This document shows positions 41,020 to 56,600 of a DNA stretch of 64,000 nt, piece by piece. The notes under the pieces were generated by a model. The model was not told where the DNA came from and searched no databases. It worked only from the letters and a program-made list of their open reading frames with translations. Source of the DNA: the human T2T-CHM13v2.0 reference genome, Homo sapiens; the NCBI RefSeq assembly GCF_009914755.1, contig NC_060925.1; one strand, written 5' to 3'. How positions within the stretch are numbered: the first letter of the stretch is position 1; each line of letters begins with the position of its first letter. The translations under genes and the position numbers were made by a program.

Positions 41020-44000
41020 GAATTCAAAGGAATCATCATCAAATGGAACCGAATGGAATCCTCATTGAATGGAAATGAAAGGGGTCATCATCTAATGGAA
41101 TCGCATGGAATCATCATCAAATGGAATCGAATGGAGTCATCATCAAATGGAATCTAATGGAATCATTGAACAGAATTGAATGGAATCGTCATCGAATGAA
41201 TTGAATGCAATCATCGAATGGTCTCGAATGGAATCATCTTCTAATGGAAAGGAATGGAATCATCGCATAGAATCGAATGGAATTATCATCGAATGGAATC
41301 GAATGGTATCAACACCAAACGGAAAAAAACGGAATTATCGAATGGAATCGAAGAGAATCTTCGAACGGACCCGAATGGAATCATCTAATGGAATGGAATG
41401 GAATAATCCATGGACTCGAATGCAATCATCATCGAATGGAATGGAATGGAATCATCGAATGGACTCGAATGGAATAATCATTGAACGGAATCGAATGGAA
41501 TCATCATCGGATGGAAACGAATGGAATCATCATCGAATGGAAATGAAAGGAGTCATCATCTAATGGAATTGCATGGAATCATCATAAAGTGGAATCGAAT
41601 GGAATCAACATCAAATGGAATCAAATGGAATCATTGAACGGAATTGAATGGAATCGTCATCGAATGAATTGACTGCAATCATCGAATGGTCTCGAATGGA
41701 ATCATCTTCAAATGGAATGGAATGGAATCATCGCATAGAATCGAATGGAATTATCATCGAATGGAATGGAATGGAATCAACATCAAACGGAAAAAAACGG
41801 AATTATCGAATGGAATCGAAGAGAATCATCGAATGGACCCGAATGGAATCATCTAATGGAATGGAATGGAATAATCCATGGACTCGAATCCAATCATCAT
41901 CGAATGGAATCGAATGGAATCATCGAATGGACTCGAATGGAATAATCATTGAACGGAATCGAATGGAATCATCATCGGATGGAAATGAATGGAATCATCA
42001 TCGAATGGAATCGAATAGAATTATGGAATGAAATCCAGTGTGATCATCATCGAATGGACCCGAATGGAATCATCATCCAACGGAAGCTAATGGAATCAAC
42101 ATCGAATGAATCGAATGGAAACACCATCGAATTGAAACGAATGGAATTATCATGAAATTGAAATGGATGGACTCATCATCGAATGGATTCGAATGGAATC
42201 ATCGAATAAAATTGATTGAAATCATCATCGAATGGAATCGAATGGTATCATTGAATGGAATCGAATGGAATCATCATCAGATGGAAATGAATGGAATCGT
42301 CATAGAATGGAATCGAATGGATTCATTGAATGGAATCAGATGGAATCATCGAATGGACTGGAATGGAATCATTGAAGGGACTCGAAAGGGATCATTATTG
42401 AATGGAATTGAATGGAATCATCGAATGGTCTCGATTGGAATCATTATCAAATGGAATCGAATGGAATCACCGAATAGAATCGAATGGAACAATCATCGAA
42501 TGGACTCAAATGGAATTATCCTCCAATGGAATCGAATGGAATTATCGAATGCAATCGAATGGAATTATCGAATGCAATCGAATAGAATCATCGAATGGAC
42601 TCGAATGGAATCATCGAATGGTATGGAATGGAACAGTCAATGAACTCGAATGGAATCATCATTGAATGGAATCGAATGGAATCATCGAGTGGAATCGAAT
42701 GGAATTATGATCAAATGGAATCGAATGTAATCCTCATTAAATGGAATCAAAAATAACCATCATCAATTGGTATTGAATGGAATTGTCATCAAATGGAATT
42801 CAAAGGAAACATCATCAAATGGAACCGAATGGAATCCTCATTGAATGGAAATGAAAGGGGTCATCATCTAATGGAATCGCATGGAATCATCATCAAATGG
42901 AATCGAATGGAATCATCATCAAATGGAATCTAATGGAATCATTGAACAGAATTGAATGGAATCGTCATCGAATGAATTGAATGCAATCATCGAATGGTCT
43001 CGAATGGAATCATCTTCTAATGGAAAGGAATGGAATCATCCCATAGAATCGAATGGAATTATCATCGAATGGAATCGAATGGTATCAACACCAAACGGAA
43101 AAAAACGGAATTATCGAATGGAATCGAAGAGAATCTTCGAACGGACCCGAATGGAATCATCTAATGGAATGGAATGGAATAATCCATGGACTCGAATGCA
43201 ATCATCATCGAATGGAATGGAATGGAATCATCGAATGGACTCGAATGGAATAATCATTGAACGGAATCGAATGGAATCATCATCGGATGGAAACGAATGG
43301 AATCATCATCGAATGGAAATGAAAGGAGTCATCATCTAATGGAATTGCATGGAATCATCATAAAATGGAATCGAATGGAATCAACATCAAATGGAATCAA
43401 ATGGAATCATTGAACGGAATTGAATGGAATCGTCATCGAATGAATTGACTGCAATCATCGAATGGTCTCGAATGGAATCATCTTCAAATGGAATGGAATG
43501 GAATCATCGCATAGAATCGAATGGAATTATCATCGAATGGAATCGAATGGAATCAACATCAAACGGAAAAAAACAGAATTATCGTATGGAATCGAAGAGA
43601 ATCATCGAATGGACCCGAATGGAATCATCTAATGGAATGGAATGGAATAATCCATGGACTCGAATGCAATCATCATCGAATGGAATCGAATGGAATCATC
43701 GAATGGACTCGAATGGAATAATCATTGAACGGAATCGAATGGAATCATCATCGGATGGAAATGAATGGAATCATCATCGAATGGAATCGAATAGAATTAT
43801 GGAATGAAATCCAGTGTGATCATCATCGAATGGACCCGAATGGAATCATCATCCAACGGAAGCTAATGGAATCAACATCGAATGAATCGAATGGAAACAC
43901 CATCGAATTGAAACGAATTTAATTATCATGAAATTGAAATGGATGGACTCATCATCGAATGGATTCGAATCGAATCATCGAATAAAATTGATTGAAATCA

Positions 44001-46324
44001 TCATCCAATGGAATCGAATGGTATCATTGAATGGAATCGAATGGAATCATCATCAGATGGAAATGAATGGAATCGTCATAGAATGGAATCGAATGGATTC
44101 ATTGAATGGAATCAGATGGAATCATCGAATGGACTGGAATGGAATCATTGAATGGACTCGAAAGGGATCATGATTGAATGGAATTGAATGGAATCATCGA
44201 ATGGTCTCGATTGGAATCATTATCAAATGGAATCGAATGGAATCACCGAATAGAATCGAATGGAACAATCATCGAATGGACTCAAATGGAATTATCCTCC
44301 AATGGAATCGAATGGAATTATCGAATGCAATCGAATGGAATTATCGAATGCAATCGAATAGAATCATCGAATGGACTCGAATGGAATCATCGAATGGAAT
44401 GGAATGGAACAGTCAATGAACTCGAATGGAATCATCATTGAATGGAATCGAATGGAATCATCGAGTGGAATCGAATGGAATTATGATCAAATGGAATCGA
44501 ATGTAATCATCATCAAATGGAATCAAAAATAACCATCATCAATTGGTATTGAATGGAATTGTCATCAAATGGAATTCAAAGGAATCATCATCAAATGGAA
44601 CCGAATGGAATCCTCATTGAATGGAAATGAAAGGGGTCATCATCTAATGGAATCGCATGGAATCATCATCAAATGGAATCGAATGGAATCATCATCAAAT
44701 GGAATCTAATGGAATCATTGAACAGAATTGAATGGAATCGTCATCGAATGAATTGAATGCAATCATCGAATGGTCTCGAATGGAATCATCTTCTAATGGA
44801 AAGGAATGGAATCATCGCATAGAATCGAATGGAATTATCATCGAATGGAATCGAATGGTATCAACACCAAACGGAAAAAAACGGAATTATCGAATGGAAT
44901 CGAAGAGAATCTTCGAACGGACCCGAATGGAATCATCTAATGGAATGGAATGGAATAATCCATGGACTCGAATGCAATCATCATCGAATGGAATCGAATG
45001 GAATCATCGAATGGACTCGAATGGAATAATCATTGAACGGAATCGAATGGAATCATTATCAGATGGAAACGAATGGAATCATCATCGAATGGAAATGAAA
45101 GGAGTCATCATCTAATGGAATTGCATGGAATCATCATAAAATGGAATCGAATGGAATCAACATCAAATGGAATCAAATGGAATCATTGAACGGAATTGAA
45201 TGGAATCGTCATCGAATGAATTGACTGCAATCATCGAATGGTCTCGAATGGAATCATCTTCAAATGGAATGGAATGGAATCATCGCATAGAATCGAATGG
45301 AATTATCATCGAATGGAATCGAATGGAATCAACATCCAACGGAAAAAAACGGAATTATCGTATGGAATCGAAGAGAATCATCGAATGGACCCGAATGGAA
45401 TCATCTAATGGAATGGAATGGAATAATCCATGGACTCGAATGCAATCATCATCGAATGGAATCGAATGGAATCATCGAATGGACTCGAATGGAATAATCA
45501 TTGAACGGAATCGAATGGAATCATCATCGGATGGAAATGAATGGAATCATCATCGAATGGAATCGAATAGAATTATGGAATGAAATCCAGTGTGATCATC
45601 ATCGAATGGACCCGAATGGAATCATCATCCAACGGAAGCTAATGGAATCAACATCGAATGAATCGAATGGAAACACCATCGAATTGAAACGAATGGAATT
45701 ATCATGAAATTGAAATGGATGGACTCATCATCGAATGGATTCGAATGGAATCATCGAATAAAATTGATTGAAATCATCATCAAATGGAATCGAATGGTAT
45801 CATTGAATGGAATCGAATGGAATCATCATCAGATGGAAATGAATGGAATCGTCATAGAATGGAATCGAATGGATTCATTGAATGGAATCAGATGGAATCA
45901 TCGAATGGACTGGAATGGAATCATTGAATGGACTCGAAAGGGATCATGATTGAATGGAATTGAATGGAATCATCGAATGGTCTCGATTGGAATCATTATC
46001 AAATGGAATCGAATGGAATCACCGAATAGAATCGAATGGAACAATCATCGAATGGACTCAAATGGAATTATCCTTAAATGGAATCGAATGGAATTATCGA
46101 ATGCAATCGAATAGAATCATCGAATGGACTCGAATGGAATCATCGAATGGAATGGAATGGAACAGTCAATGAACTCGAATGGAATCATCATTGAATGGAA
46201 TCGAATGGAATCATCGAGTGGAATCGAATGGAATTATGACCAAATGGAATCGAATGTAATCCTCATCAAATGGAATCAAAAATAACCATCAGCAATTCGT
46301 ATTGAATGGAATTCTCATCAAATG

Positions 46325-47632
46325 GAATTCAAAGGAATCATCATCAAATGGAACCGAAAGGAATCCTCATTGAATGGAAATGAAAGGGGTCATCATCTAA
46401 TGGAATTGCATGGAATCATCATCAAATGGAATCGAATGGAATCAACATCAAATGGAATCAAATGGAATCATTGAACGGAATTGAATGGAATCGTCATCGA
46501 ATGAATTGACTGCAATCATCGAATGGTCTCGAATGGAATCATCTTCAAATGGAATGGAATGGAATCATCGCATAGAATCGAATGGAATTATCATCGAATG
46601 GAATCGAATGGAATCAACATCAAACGGAAAAAAACAGAATTATCGTATGGAATCGAAGAGAATCATCGAATGGACCCGAATGGAATCATCTAATGGAATG
46701 GAATGGAATAATCCATGGACTCGAATGCAATCATCATCGAATGGAATCGAATGGAATCATCGAATGGACTCGAATGGAATAATCATTGAACGGAATCGAA
46801 TGGAATCATCATCGGATGGAAATGAATGGAATCATCATCGAATGGAATCGAATAGAATTATGGAATGAAATCCAGTGTGATCATCATCGAATGGACCCGA
46901 ATGGAATCATCATCCAACGGAAGCTAATGGAATCAACATCGAATGAATCGAATGGAAACACCATCGAATTGAAACGAATGGAATTATCATGAAATTGAAA
47001 TGGATGGACTCATCATCGAATGGATTCGAATGGAATCATCGAATAAAATTGGTTGAAATCATCATCCAATGGAATCGAATGGTATCATTGAATGGAATCG
47101 AATGGAATCATCATCAGATGGAAATGAATGGAATCGTCATAGAATGGAATCGAATGGATTCATTGAATGGAATCAGATGGAATCATCGAATGGACTGGAA
47201 TGGAATCATTGAATGGACTCGAAAGGGATCATGATTGAATGGAATTGAATGGAATCATCGAATGGTCTCGATTGGAATCATTATCAAATGGAATCGAATG
47301 GAATCACCGAATAGAATCGAATGGAACAATCATCGAATGGACTCAAATGGAATTATCCTCCAATGGAATCGAATGGAATTATCGAATGCAATCGAATGGA
47401 ATTATCGAATGCAATCGAATAGAATCATCGAAAGGACTCGAATGCAATCATCGAATGGAATGGAATGGAACAGTCAATGAACTCGAATGGAATCATCATT
47501 GAATGGAATCCAATGGAATCATCGAGTGGAATCGAATGGAATTATGATCAAATGGAATCGAATGTAATCATCATCAAATGGAATCAAAAATAACCATCAT
47601 CAATTGGTATTGAATGGAATTGTCATCAAATG
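46325..47632 (+). repeat. Second copy of the short 1,308-bp unit
   Basis: Same junction as 39712-41019, shifted by 6,613 bp; B-type block at 46485. Confidence 0.92.
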
Positions 47633-50600
47633 GAATTCAAAGGAATCATCATCAAATGGAACCGAATGGAATCCTCATTGAATGGAAATGAAAGGGGTCA
47701 TCATCTAATGGAATCGCATGGAATCATCATCAAATGGAATCGAATGGAGTCATCATCAAATGGAATCTAATGGAATCATTGAACAGAATTGAATGGAATC
47801 GTCATCGAATGAATTGAATGCAATCATCGAATGGTCTCGAATGGAATCATCTTCTAATGGAAAGGAATGGAATCATCGCATAGAATCGAATGGAATTATC
47901 ATCGAATGGAATCGAATGGTATCAACACCAAACGGAAAAAAACGGAATTATCGAATGGAATCGAAGAGAATCTTCGAACGGACCCGAATGGAATCATCTA
48001 ATGGAATGGAATGGAATAATCCATGGACTCGAATGCAATCATCATCGAATGGAATGGAATGGAATCATCGAATGGACTCGAATGGAATAATCATTGAACG
48101 GAATCGAATGGAATCATCATCGGATGGAAACGAATGGAATCATCATCGAATGGAAATGAAAGGAGTCATCATCTAATGGAATTGCATGGAATCATCATAA
48201 AGTGGAATCGAATGGAATCAACATCAAATGGAATCAAATGGAATCATTGAACGGAATTGAATGGAATCGTCATCGAATGAATTGACTGCAATCATCGAAT
48301 GGTCTCGAATGGAATCATCTTCAAATGGAATGGAATGGAATCATCGCATAGAATCGAATGGAATTATCATCGAATGGAATGGAATGGAATCAACATCAAA
48401 CGGAAAAAAACGGAATTATCGAATGGAATCGAAGAGAATCATCGAATGGACCCGAATGGAATCATCTAATGGAATGGAATGGAATAATCCATGGACTCGA
48501 ATCCAATCATCATCGAATGGAATCGAATGGAATCATCGAATGGACTCGAATGGAATAATCATTGAACGGAATCGAATGGAATCATCATCGGATGGAAATG
48601 AATGGAATCATCATCGAATGGAATCGAATAGAATTATGGAATGAAATCCAGTGTGATCATCATCGAATGGACCCGAATGGAATCATCATCCAACGGAAGC
48701 TAATGGAATCAACATCGAATGAATCGAATGGAAACACCATCGAATTGAAACGAATGGAATTATCATGAAATTGAAATGGATGGACTCATCATCGAATGGA
48801 TTCGAATGGAATCATCGAATAAAATTGATTGAAATCATCATCGAATGGAATCGAATGGTATCATTGAATGGAATCGAATGGAATCATCATCAGATGGAAA
48901 TGAATGGAATCGTCATAGAATGGAATCGAATGGATTCATTGAATGGAATCAGATGGAATCATCGAATGGACTGGAATGGAATCATTGAAGGGACTCGAAA
49001 GGGATCATTATTGAATGGAATTGAATGGAATCATCGAATGGTCTCGATTGGAATCATTATCAAATGGAATCGAATGGAATCACCGAATAGAATCGAATGG
49101 AACAATCATCGAATGGACTCAAATGGAATTATCCTCCAATGGAATCGAATGGAATTATCGAATGCAATCGAATGGAATTATCGAATGCAATCGAATAGAA
49201 TCATCGAATGGACTCGAATGGAATCATCGAATGGTATGGAATGGAACAGTCAATGAACTCGAATGGAATCATCATTGAATGGAATCGAATGGAATCATCG
49301 AGTGGAATCGAATGGAATTATGATCAAATGGAATCGAATGTAATCCTCATCAAATGGAATCAAAAATAACCATCATCAATTGGTATTGAATGGAATTGTC
49401 ATCAAATGGAATTCAAAGGAAACATCATCAAATGGAACCGAATGGAATCCTCATTGAATGGAAATGAAAGGGGTCATCATCTAATGGAATCGCATGGAAT
49501 CATCATCAAATGGAATCGAATGGAATGATCATCAAATGGAATCTAATGGAATCATTGAACAGAATTGAATGGAATCGTCATGGAATGAATTGAATGCAAT
49601 CATCGAATGGTCTCGAATGGAATCATCTTCTAATGGAAAGGAATGGAATCATCCCATAGAATCGAATGGAATTATCATCGAATGGAATCGAATGGTATCA
49701 ACACCAAACGGAAAAAAACGGAATTATCGAATGGAATCGAAGAGAATCTTCGAACGGACCCGAATGGAATCATCTAATGGAATGGAATGGAATAATCCAT
49801 GGACTCGAATGCAATCATCATCGAATGGAATGGAATGGAATCATCGAATGGACTCGAATGGAATAATCATTGAACGGAATCGAATGGAATCATCATCGGA
49901 TGGAAACGAATGGAATCATCATCGAATGGAAATGAAAGGAGTCATCATCTAATGGAATTGCATGGAATCATCATAAAATGGAATCGAATGGAATCAACAT
50001 CAAATGGAATCAAATGGAATCATTGAACGGAATTGAATGGAATCGTCATCGAATGAATTGACTGCAATCATCGAATGGTCTCGAATGGAATCATCTTCAA
50101 ATGGAATGGAATGGAATCATCGCATAGAATCGAATGGAATTATCATCGAATGGAATCGAATGGAATCAACATCAAACGGAAAAAAACAGAATTATCGTAT
50201 GGAATCGAAGAGAATCATCGAATGGACCCGAATGGAATCATCTAATGGAATGGAATGGAATAATCCATGGACTCGAATGCAATCATCATCGAATGGAATC
50301 GAATGGAATCATCGAATGGACTCGAATGGAATAATCATTGAACGGAATCGAATGGAATCATCATCGGATGGAAATGAATGGAATCATCATCGAATGGAAT
50401 CGAATAGAATTATGGAATGAAATCCAGTGTGATCATCATCGAATGGACCCGAATGGAATCATCATCCAACGGAAGCTAATGGAATCAACATCGAATGAAT
50501 CGAATGGAAACACCATCGAATTGAAACGAATTTAATTATCATGAAATTGAAATGGATGGACTCATCATCGAATGGATTCGAATCGAATCATCGAATAAAA

Positions 50601-53600
50601 TTGATTGAAATCATCATCCAATGGAATCGAATGGTATCATTGAATGGAATCGAATGGAATCATCATCAGATGGAAATGAATGGAATCGTCATAGAATGGA
50701 ATCGAATGGATTCATTGAATGGAATCAGATGGAATCATCGAATGGACTGGAATGGAATCATTGAATGGACTCGAAAGGGATCATGATTGAATGGAATTGA
50801 ATGGAATCATCGAATGGTCTCGATTGGAATCTTTATCAAATGGAATCGAATGGAATCACCGAATAGAATCGAATGGAACAATCATCGAATGGACTCAAAT
50901 GGAATTATCCTCAAATGGAATCGAATGGAATTATCGAATGCAATCGAATGGAATTATCGAATGCAATCGAATAGAATCATCGAAAGGACTCGAATGGAAT
51001 CATCGAATGGAATGGAATGGAACAGTCAATGAACTCGAATGGAATCATCATTGAATGGAATCCAATGGAATCATCGAGTGGAATCGAATGGAATTATGAT
51101 CAAATGGAATCGAATGTAATCATCATCAAATGGAATCAAAAATAACCATCATCAATTGGTATTGAATGGAATTGTCATCAAATGGAATTCAAAGGAATCA
51201 TCATCAAATGGAACCGAATGGAATCCTCATTGAATGGAAATGAAAGGGGTCATCATCTAACGGAATCGCATGGAATCATCATCAAATGGAATCTAATGGA
51301 ATCATTGAACAGAATTGAACGGAATCGTCATCGAATGAATTGAATGCAATCATCGAATGGTCTCGAATGGAATCATCTTCTAATGGAAAGGAATGGAATC
51401 ATTGCATAGAATCGAATGGAATTATCATCGAATGGAATCGAATGGTATCAACACCAAACGGAAAAAAACGGAATTATCGAATGGAATCGAAGAGAATCTT
51501 CGAACGGACCCGAATGGTATCATCTAATGGAATGGAATGGAATAATCCATGGACTCGAATGCAATCATCATCGAATGGAATGGAATGGAATCATCGAATG
51601 GACTCGAATGGAATAATCATTGAACGGAATCGAATGGAATCATCATCGGATGGAAACGAATGGAATCATCATCGAATGGAAATGAAAGGAGTCATCATCT
51701 AATGGAATTGCATGGAATCATCATAAAATGGAATCGAATGGAATCAACATCAAATGGAATCAAATGGAATCATTGAACGGAATTGAATGGAATCGTCATC
51801 GAATGAATTGACTGCAATCATCGAATGGTCTCGAATGGAATCATCTTCAAATGGAATGGAATGGAATCATCGCATAGAATCGAATGGAATTATCATCGAA
51901 TGGAATCGAATGGAATCAACATCAAACGGAAAAAAACGGAATTATCGAATGGAATCGAAGAGAATCATCGAATGGACCCGAATGGAATCATCTAATGGAA
52001 TGGAATGGAATAAACCATGGACTCGAATGCAATCATCATCGAATGGAATCGAATGGAATCATCGAATGGACTCGAATGGAATAATCATTGAACGGAATCG
52101 AATGGAATCATCATCGGATGGAAATGAATGGAATCATCATCGAATGGAATCGAATAGAATTATGGAATGAAATCCAGTGTGATCATCATCGAATGGACCC
52201 GAATGGAATCATCATCCAACGGAAGCTAATGGAATCAACATCGAATGAATCGAATGGAAACACCATCGAATTGAAACGAATGGAATTATCATGAAATTGA
52301 AATGGATGGACTCATCATCGAATGGATTCGAATGGAATCATCGAATAAAATTGATTGAAATCATCATCCAATGGAATCGAATGGTATCATTGAATGGAAT
52401 CGAATGGAATCATCATCAGATGGAAATGAATGGAATCGTCATAGAATGGAATCGAATGGATTCATTGAATGGAATCAGATGGAATCATCGAATGGACTGG
52501 AATGGAATCATTGAATGGACTCGAAAGGGATCATTATTGAATGGAATTGAATGGAATCATCGAATGGTCTCGATTGGAATCATTATCAAATGGAATCGAA
52601 TGGAATCACCGAATAGAATCGAATGGAACAATCATCGAATGGACTCAAATGGAATTATCCTCCAATGGAATCGAATGGAATTATCGAATGCAATCGAATG
52701 GAATTATCGAATGCAATCGAATAGAATCATCGAATGGACTCGAATGGAATCATCGAATGGAATGGAATGGAACAGTCAATGAACTCGAATGGAATCATCA
52801 TTGAATGGAATCGAATGGAATCATCGAGTGGAATCGAATGGAATTATGATCAAATGGAATCGAATGTAATCATCATCAAATGGAATCAAAAATAACCATC
52901 ATCAATTGGTATTGAATGGAATTGTCATCAAATGGAATTCAAAGGAATCATCATCAAATGGAACCGAATGGAATCCTCATTGAATGGAAATGAAAGGGGT
53001 CATCATCTAATGGAATCGCATGGAATCATCATCAAATGGAATCGAATGGAATCATCATCAAATGGAATCTAATGGAATCATTGAACAGAATTGAATGGAA
53101 TCGTCATCGAATGAATTGAATGCAATCATCGAATGGTCTCGAATGGAATCATCTTCTAATGGAAAGGAATGGAATCATCGCATAGAATCGAATGGAATTA
53201 TCATCGAATGGAATCGAATGGTATCAACACCAAACGGAAAAAAACGGAATTATCGAATGGAATCGAAGAGAATCTTCGAACGGACCCGAATGGAATCATC
53301 TAATGGAATGGAATGGAATAATCCATGGACTCGAATGCAATCATCATCGAATGGAATGGAATGGAATCATCGAATGGACTCGAATGGAATAATCATTGAA
53401 CGGAATCGAATGGAATCATCATCGGATGGAAACGAATGGAATCATCATCGAATGGAAATGAAAGGAGTCATCATCTAATGGAATTGCATGGAATCATCAT
53501 CAAATGGAATCGAATGGAATCAACATCAAATGGAATCAAATGGAATCATTGAACGGAATTGAATGGAATCGTCATCGAATGAATTGACTGCAATCATCGA

Positions 53601-56600
53601 ATGGTCTCGAATGGAATCATCTTCAAATGGAATGGAATGGAATCATCGCATAGAATCGAATGGAATTATCATCGAATGGAATCGAATGGAATCAACATCA
53701 AACGGAAAAAAACGGAATTATCGAATGGAATCGAAGAGAATCATCGAATGGACCCGAATGGAATCATCTAATGGAATGGAATGGAATAATCCATGGACTC
53801 GAATGCAATCATCATCGAATGGAATCGAATGGAATCATCGAATGGACTCGAATGGAATAATCATTGAACGGAATCGAATGGAATCATCATCGGATGGAAA
53901 TGAATGGAATCATCATCGAATGGAATCGAATAGAATTATGGAATGAAATCCAGTGTGATCATCATCGAATGGACCCGAATGGAATCATCATCCAACGGAA
54001 GCTAATGGAATCAACATCGAATGAATCGAATGGAAACACCATCGAATTGAAACGAATGGAATTATCATGAAATTGAAATGGATGGACTCATCATCGAATG
54101 GATTCGAATGGAATCATCGAATAAAATTGATTGAAATCATCATCGAATGGAATCGAATGGTATCATTGAATGGAATCGAATGGAATCATCATCAGATGGA
54201 AATGAATGGAATCGTCATAGAATGGAATCGAATGGATTCATTGAATGGAATCAGATGGAATCATCGAATGGACTGGAATGGAATCATTGAATGGACTCGA
54301 AAGGGATCATTATTGAATGGAATTGAATGGAATCATCGAATGGTCTCGATTGGAATCATTATCAAATGGAATGGAATGGAATCACCGAATAGAATCGAAT
54401 GGAACAATCATCGAATGGACTCAAATGGAATTATCCTCCAATGGAATCGAATGGAATTATCGAATGCAATCGAATGGAATTATCGAATGCAATTGAATAG
54501 AATCATCGAATGGACTCGAATGGAATCATCGAATGGAATGGAATGGAACAGTCAATGAACTCGAATGGAATCATCATTGAATGGAATCGAATGGAATCAT
54601 CGAGTGGAATCGAATGGAATTATGATCAAATGGAATCGAATGTAATCCTCATCAAATGGAATCAAAAATAACCATCATCAATTGGTATTGAATGGAATTG
54701 TCATCAAATGGAATTCAAAGGAATCATCATCAAATGGAACCGAATGGAATCCTCATTGAATGGAAATGAAAGGGGTCATCATCTAATGGAATCGCATGGA
54801 ATCATCATCAAATGGAATCGAATGGAATCATCATCAAATGGAATCTAATGGAATCATTGAACAGAATTGAATGGAATCGTCATCGAATGAATTGAATGCA
54901 ATCATCGAATGGTCTCGAATGGAATCATCTTCTAATGGAAAGGAATGGAATCATCGCATAGAATCGAATGGAATTATGATCGAATGGAATCGAATGGTAT
55001 CAACACCAAACGGAAAAAAACGGAATTATCGAATGGAATCGAAGAGAATCTTCGAACGGACCCGAATGGAATCATCTAATGGAATGGAATGGAATAATCC
55101 ATGGACTCGAATGCAATCATCATCGAATGGAATGGAATGGAATCATCGAATGGACTCGAATGGAATAATCATTGAACGGAATCGAATGGAATCATCATCG
55201 GATGGAAACGAATGGAATCATCATCGAATGGAAATGAAAGGAGTCATCATCTAATGGAATTGCATGGAATCATCATAAAATGGAATCGAATGGAATCAAC
55301 ATCAAATGGAATCAAATGGAATCATTGAACGGAATTGAATGGAATCGTCATCGAATGAATTGACTGCAATCATCGAATGGTCTCGAATGGAATCATCTTC
55401 AAATGGAATGGAATGGAATCATCGCATAGAATCGAATGGAATTATCATCGAATGGAATCGAATGGAATCAACATCAAACGGAAAAAAACGGAATTATCGA
55501 ATGGAATCGAAGAGAATCATCGAATGGACCCGAATGGAATCATCTAATGGAATGGAATGGAATAATCCATGGACTCGAATGCAATCATCATCGAATGGAA
55601 TCGAATGGAATCATCGAATGGACTCGAATGGAATAATCATTGAACGGAATCGAATGGAATCATCATCGGATGGAAATGAATGGAATCATCATCGAATGGA
55701 ATCGAATAGAATTATGGAATGAAATCCAGTGTGATCATCATCGAATGGACCCGAATGGAATCATCATCCAACGGAAGCTAATGGAATCAACATCGAATGA
55801 ATCGAATGGAAACACCATCGAATTGAAACGAATGGAATTATCATGAAATTGAAATGGATGGACTCATCATCGAATGGATTCGAATGGAATCATCGAATAA
55901 AATTGATTGAAATCATCATCGAATGGAATCGAATGGTATCATTGAATGGAATCGAATGGAATCATCATCAGATGGGAATGAATGGAATCGTCATAGAATG
56001 GAATCGAATGGATTCATTGAATGGAATCAGATGGAATCATCGAATGGACTGGAATGGAATCATTGAATGGACTCGAAAGGGATCATTATTGAATGGAATT
56101 GAATGGAATCATCGAATGGTCTCGATTGGAATCATTATCAAATGGAATCGAATGGAATCACCGAATAGAATCGAATGGAACAATCATTGAATGGACTCAA
56201 ATGGAATTATCCTCCAATGGAATCGAATGGAATTATCGAATGCAATCGAATGGAATTATCGAATGCAATCGAATAGAATCATCGAATGGACTCGAATGGA
56301 ATCATCGAATGGAATGGAATGGAACAGTCAATGAACTCGAATGGAATCATCATTGAATGGAATCGAATGGAATCATCGAGTGGAATCGAATGGAATTATG
56401 ATCAAATGGAATCGAATGTAATCCTCATCAAATGGAATCAAAAATAACCATCATCAATTGGTATTGAATGGAATTGTCATCAAATGGAATTCAAAGGAAT
56501 CATCATCAAATGGAACCGAATGGAATCCTCATTGAATGGAAATGAAAGGGGTCATCATCTAATGGAATCGCATGGAATCATCATCAAATGGAATCGAATG

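Larger units (their letters stand above)
37400..50830 (+). repeat. Two near-identical copies of a 6,613-bp super-repeat (3 x 1,776 + 1,285)
   Basis: Landmark pairs 38119/44732, 39872/46485, 41180/47793, 42956/49569 and 43928/50541 all differ by 6,613. Both copies share the same deletions and many variants (CATTATCAGA, CCTTAAA, AAAGTGG, GAAGGGAC, GGAAACATC, ATCCCATAG, GAATTTAATT). Confidence 0.93.
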
